Shown: positions 50,677 through 52,761 of the stretch, piece after piece
Numbering within the stretch: the first letter of the stretch is position 1
Layout: each line of letters begins with the position of its first letter
From: Bacteroidia bacterium
GTDB lineage: Bacteria > Bacteroidota > Bacteroidia > AKYH767-A > JBBKVM01
Assembly: GCA_037969175.1 (NCBI GenBank)
Contig: JBBKWX010000157.1
Location: forward strand, 1 to 52,761
DNA: 52,761 nucleotides
Reading direction: 5' to 3'
Program-made: the position numbers and the translations under genes
Notes under the pieces: generated by a model
Told to the model about the DNA's origin: nothing
The model's database searches: none
Seen by the model: only the letters and a program-made list of their open reading frames with translations

Positions 50677-52407
50677 TCATCTGACCATTAGTTTTCCTCT
50701 GATCCGGAAATCTTTGGTGTATAATTCAGCCACAAATGAGCCTGCACTCCAGTTTGTAGTATCAATAAAATATCTATTCTCACCGATAATTATTCTGTTT
50801 TTTTCACTTACAAAAACGACTCTTCCACTTTGATCATAAATTCTAAGTTCGCCCTCTGTTATTTTTTTGGAATCAAACTGGAAACAAGTTATGCCTTTTG
50901 AAGGATTTGGAAAAATGGCTGAGAAACTTGAAGGAATTTCCTGAGAAAAAACTTGCGTAAGTACTCCTACTTTAAATTTATAATACCCTGCTGGGGCCGG
51001 CATGGGTCTATATCCCGTTTTACCACTTGCAGACATTGCTTCCAGAAAATAATAGACGGTAGTGCCGGCAACTTGAGCCGGAATGCTACCAAACCATTCA
51101 TTTCCCGGAACTATTCCTTGCATAAGACTAATGCTGGTATAGGGCTGTAAAGTATCTGTAGTATACCACAACGAAACTGCATTCACACCTGATCTATGTT
51201 GTGCTCTTGCTACCACAGGATATGGATTTGAAGTATCAAATGTGTTTTCAAGTTGTTTATGTGTAATCCATAATGGATCTGAACTTCCTACTTCTTTGGT
51301 GATACAGTGCAATGCTCCGGATGCAGATATGATCGAATTACAATTTATACCGATCACATTGTAACCGGGCAAAGCTTCCCGATAAATTCGCAAAGCTGTA
51401 GTATCGTATTGTTGATAATATGTCGGAACCAGAATAGTATTATTTATGAAAACAGAATTTGTGTAAGTCCGGTAAGAAGCAGAAGGAGGATACGCACCGC
51501 CTGTACTTGGAGGCTGAGGAATTCGTATAACTTTCCAGGGAGTCCCGTAAGTAGTTGGATAATTACTTAATACATACAATAGATTTGCTTCTATCTGTGG
51601 ACCATCCGAAACTCCATTTGGATAGGATCCCATCAGCAGGGTCTCCTCATCTAACAGTTTCATATGCATATCAATATGATGAATCCCATCAAATGGCAAT
51701 ACTGTCATTTTCGCATAGCGGTCGAGCCCCATGAATGCTTTCATGATCGTATCGATATTTGCACTTGTCTTTCCCGGATTCTCATCCAGGATCAAATTAC
51801 TGCTGAAACCCAAGCCCATTCCATCCACCATAAAATTTCCACCGGTATGGATCAGATCATATGGAGCAGATGTCATTGAATAAATTGGCAAACCGGTTTT
51901 GGCTGCCAACACATTTGGAACATTATCGTCAGCAGGTCTTGGGCGATTATAGATCCAATCGATCAACAGTAAACTATCAACATCGTTTGTATATACATTC
52001 CATTGTCCATAATCTCTGGCCCAAACAGAATTGAATGGAGCAACCAGATACGTTATGTTACTCAATGGCACACCTGCACTTGTCAGAGAAGACCTTACAG
52101 CGTTTGAATCCGAACAAACTACATATACATGCGTCTGAACACGTGCATGCCTGACGATCTCCGTCAGGATCGACTGATAACCGGTCCAGGTGACCAACAG
52201 CCCATCTATCTCTTCCCATTCTGCCATAGCCCTGATGGGAGAAGCAGGTGGATTACTTATCTGATTTCTTTGAGTGATCTGATCCAGATACGAAGGCATC
52301 ATACTCCTTTCGGAACCTGACATGATATGAGGTAATTGAGCCAACAGATCAGTGGTAGTAAAGATGCAGTATATAAGACTGATAAACAATATTCTAACTA
52401 AGGACAT
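50677..52407 (-). CDS. Secreted agmatine/peptidylarginine deiminase family protein with T9SS C-terminal domain
   Basis: MAEWE, WARDYG, GGNF, HHIDM, GALHCIT; signal peptide; IFPNPS...IYDQSGR...KLMVR; -7 element TAAATTTG at 52424-52431. Confidence 0.92.
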   Translation of the reverse strand: MSLVRILFISLIYCIFTTTDLLAQLPHIMSGSERSMMPSYLDQITQRNQISNPPASPIRAMAEWEEIDGLLVTWTGYQSILTEIVRHARVQTHVYVVCSDSNAVRSSLTSAGVPLSNITYLVAPFNSVWARDYGQWNVYTNDVDSLLLIDWIYNRPRPADDNVPNVLAAKTGLPIYSMTSAPYDLIHTGGNFMVDGMGLGFSSNLILDENPGKTSANIDTIMKAFMGLDRYAKMTVLPFDGIHHIDMHMKLLDEETLLMGSYPNGVSDGPQIEANLLYVLSNYPTTYGTPWKVIRIPQPPSTGGAYPPSASYRTYTNSVFINNTILVPTYYQQYDTTALRIYREALPGYNVIGINCNSIISASGALHCITKEVGSSDPLWITHKQLENTFDTSNPYPVVARAQHRSGVNAVSLWYTTDTLQPYTSISLMQGIVPGNEWFGSIPAQVAGTTVYYFLEAMSASGKTGYRPMPAPAGYYKFKVGVLTQVFSQEIPSSFSAIFPNPSKGITCFQFDSKKITEGELRIYDQSGRVVFVSEKNRIIIGENRYFIDTTNWSAGSFVAELYTKDFRIRGKLMVR

Positions 52408-52676
52408 TCGCTTGGATTATATCCAAATTTACACATTCAGCATTGAATTGCAAGTATTGATTTACTGAATTGAATTTTGTAAATTTATTTATCAAACGTA
52501 TTGACATGAATGAAGCATGGTCACATATGAGTCAACCCTCAGATTTGGGACCAGTTGGAGAATCAGCAAAAGTGTTCCTTTGATCTTTATTTTTTTCGCA
52601 TTGTTCTCCGGAATCGGGTTTCTAATCCTGTCGAATTGCATAATAAGTACTTATCTACAAGTGGAATCTGTGCTAT

Positions 52677-52720
52677 TTTTACCACAGAGGTCTCAGAGAT
52701 TTACACAGAGTTCTCAGAGA
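52677..52720 (+). repeat. 9/10-mer CACAGAG/CTCAGAG array
   Basis: TTTTACCACAGAG GTCTCAGAG ATTTACACAGAG TTCTCAGAG; its start resembles TTTTACCACTAAGGTC inside the long direct repeat. Confidence 0.75.
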
Positions 52721-52761
52721 TTGAAGTGAAATTTTCTTTCAATGGACTTTATTTGGTGTTT

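Noticed and set aside
52492-52729. 49-aa minus ORF (52492-52641) and 70-aa plus ORF (52517-52729)
   Set aside because: No recognisable motif, they overlap each other, and the plus ORF runs through a repeat array; neither can be supported.

Overview
Bacteroidota chromosomal segment, judged from TAnnTTTG -7 promoters, four T9SS C-terminal-domain cargo proteins, fused SecDF and ribosomal protein THX. It is mostly housekeeping: ndh (cut by the window edge), tatA, secDF, yajQ, mdh, gyrB, an RluA-family synthase, a TPR + beta-barrel pair, ftsE, three glycosyltransferases, murB, a hybrid histidine kinase, M3 and S8 peptidases, amn-holA-EVE, a TonB-dependent receptor, pyrG, yidC, hppD, THX and a secreted deiminase. 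I found no rRNA, tRNA, CRISPR array, transposase or integrase. The main anomaly is a 4.3-kb unit (10463-14754) bounded by two near-identical 215/216-bp direct repeats built from periodic 7-mer/9-mer modules and a long hairpin. It holds a divergent gene pair: a signal-less pectate-lyase-3/tailspike-like beta-helix protein and a T9SS repeat protein. The T9SS gene has no GATC sites, and its signal-peptide start is out of frame at a T11 tract. Related short periodic repeats recur in other intergenic regions. Also noted: a DnaA-box cluster upstream of ftsE, an unannotated 43-aa membrane ORF, a CxxxxCH cytochrome/beta-propeller lipoprotein, and probable leaderless and face-to-face promoters. All calls come from reading motifs by eye; no database searches were run.
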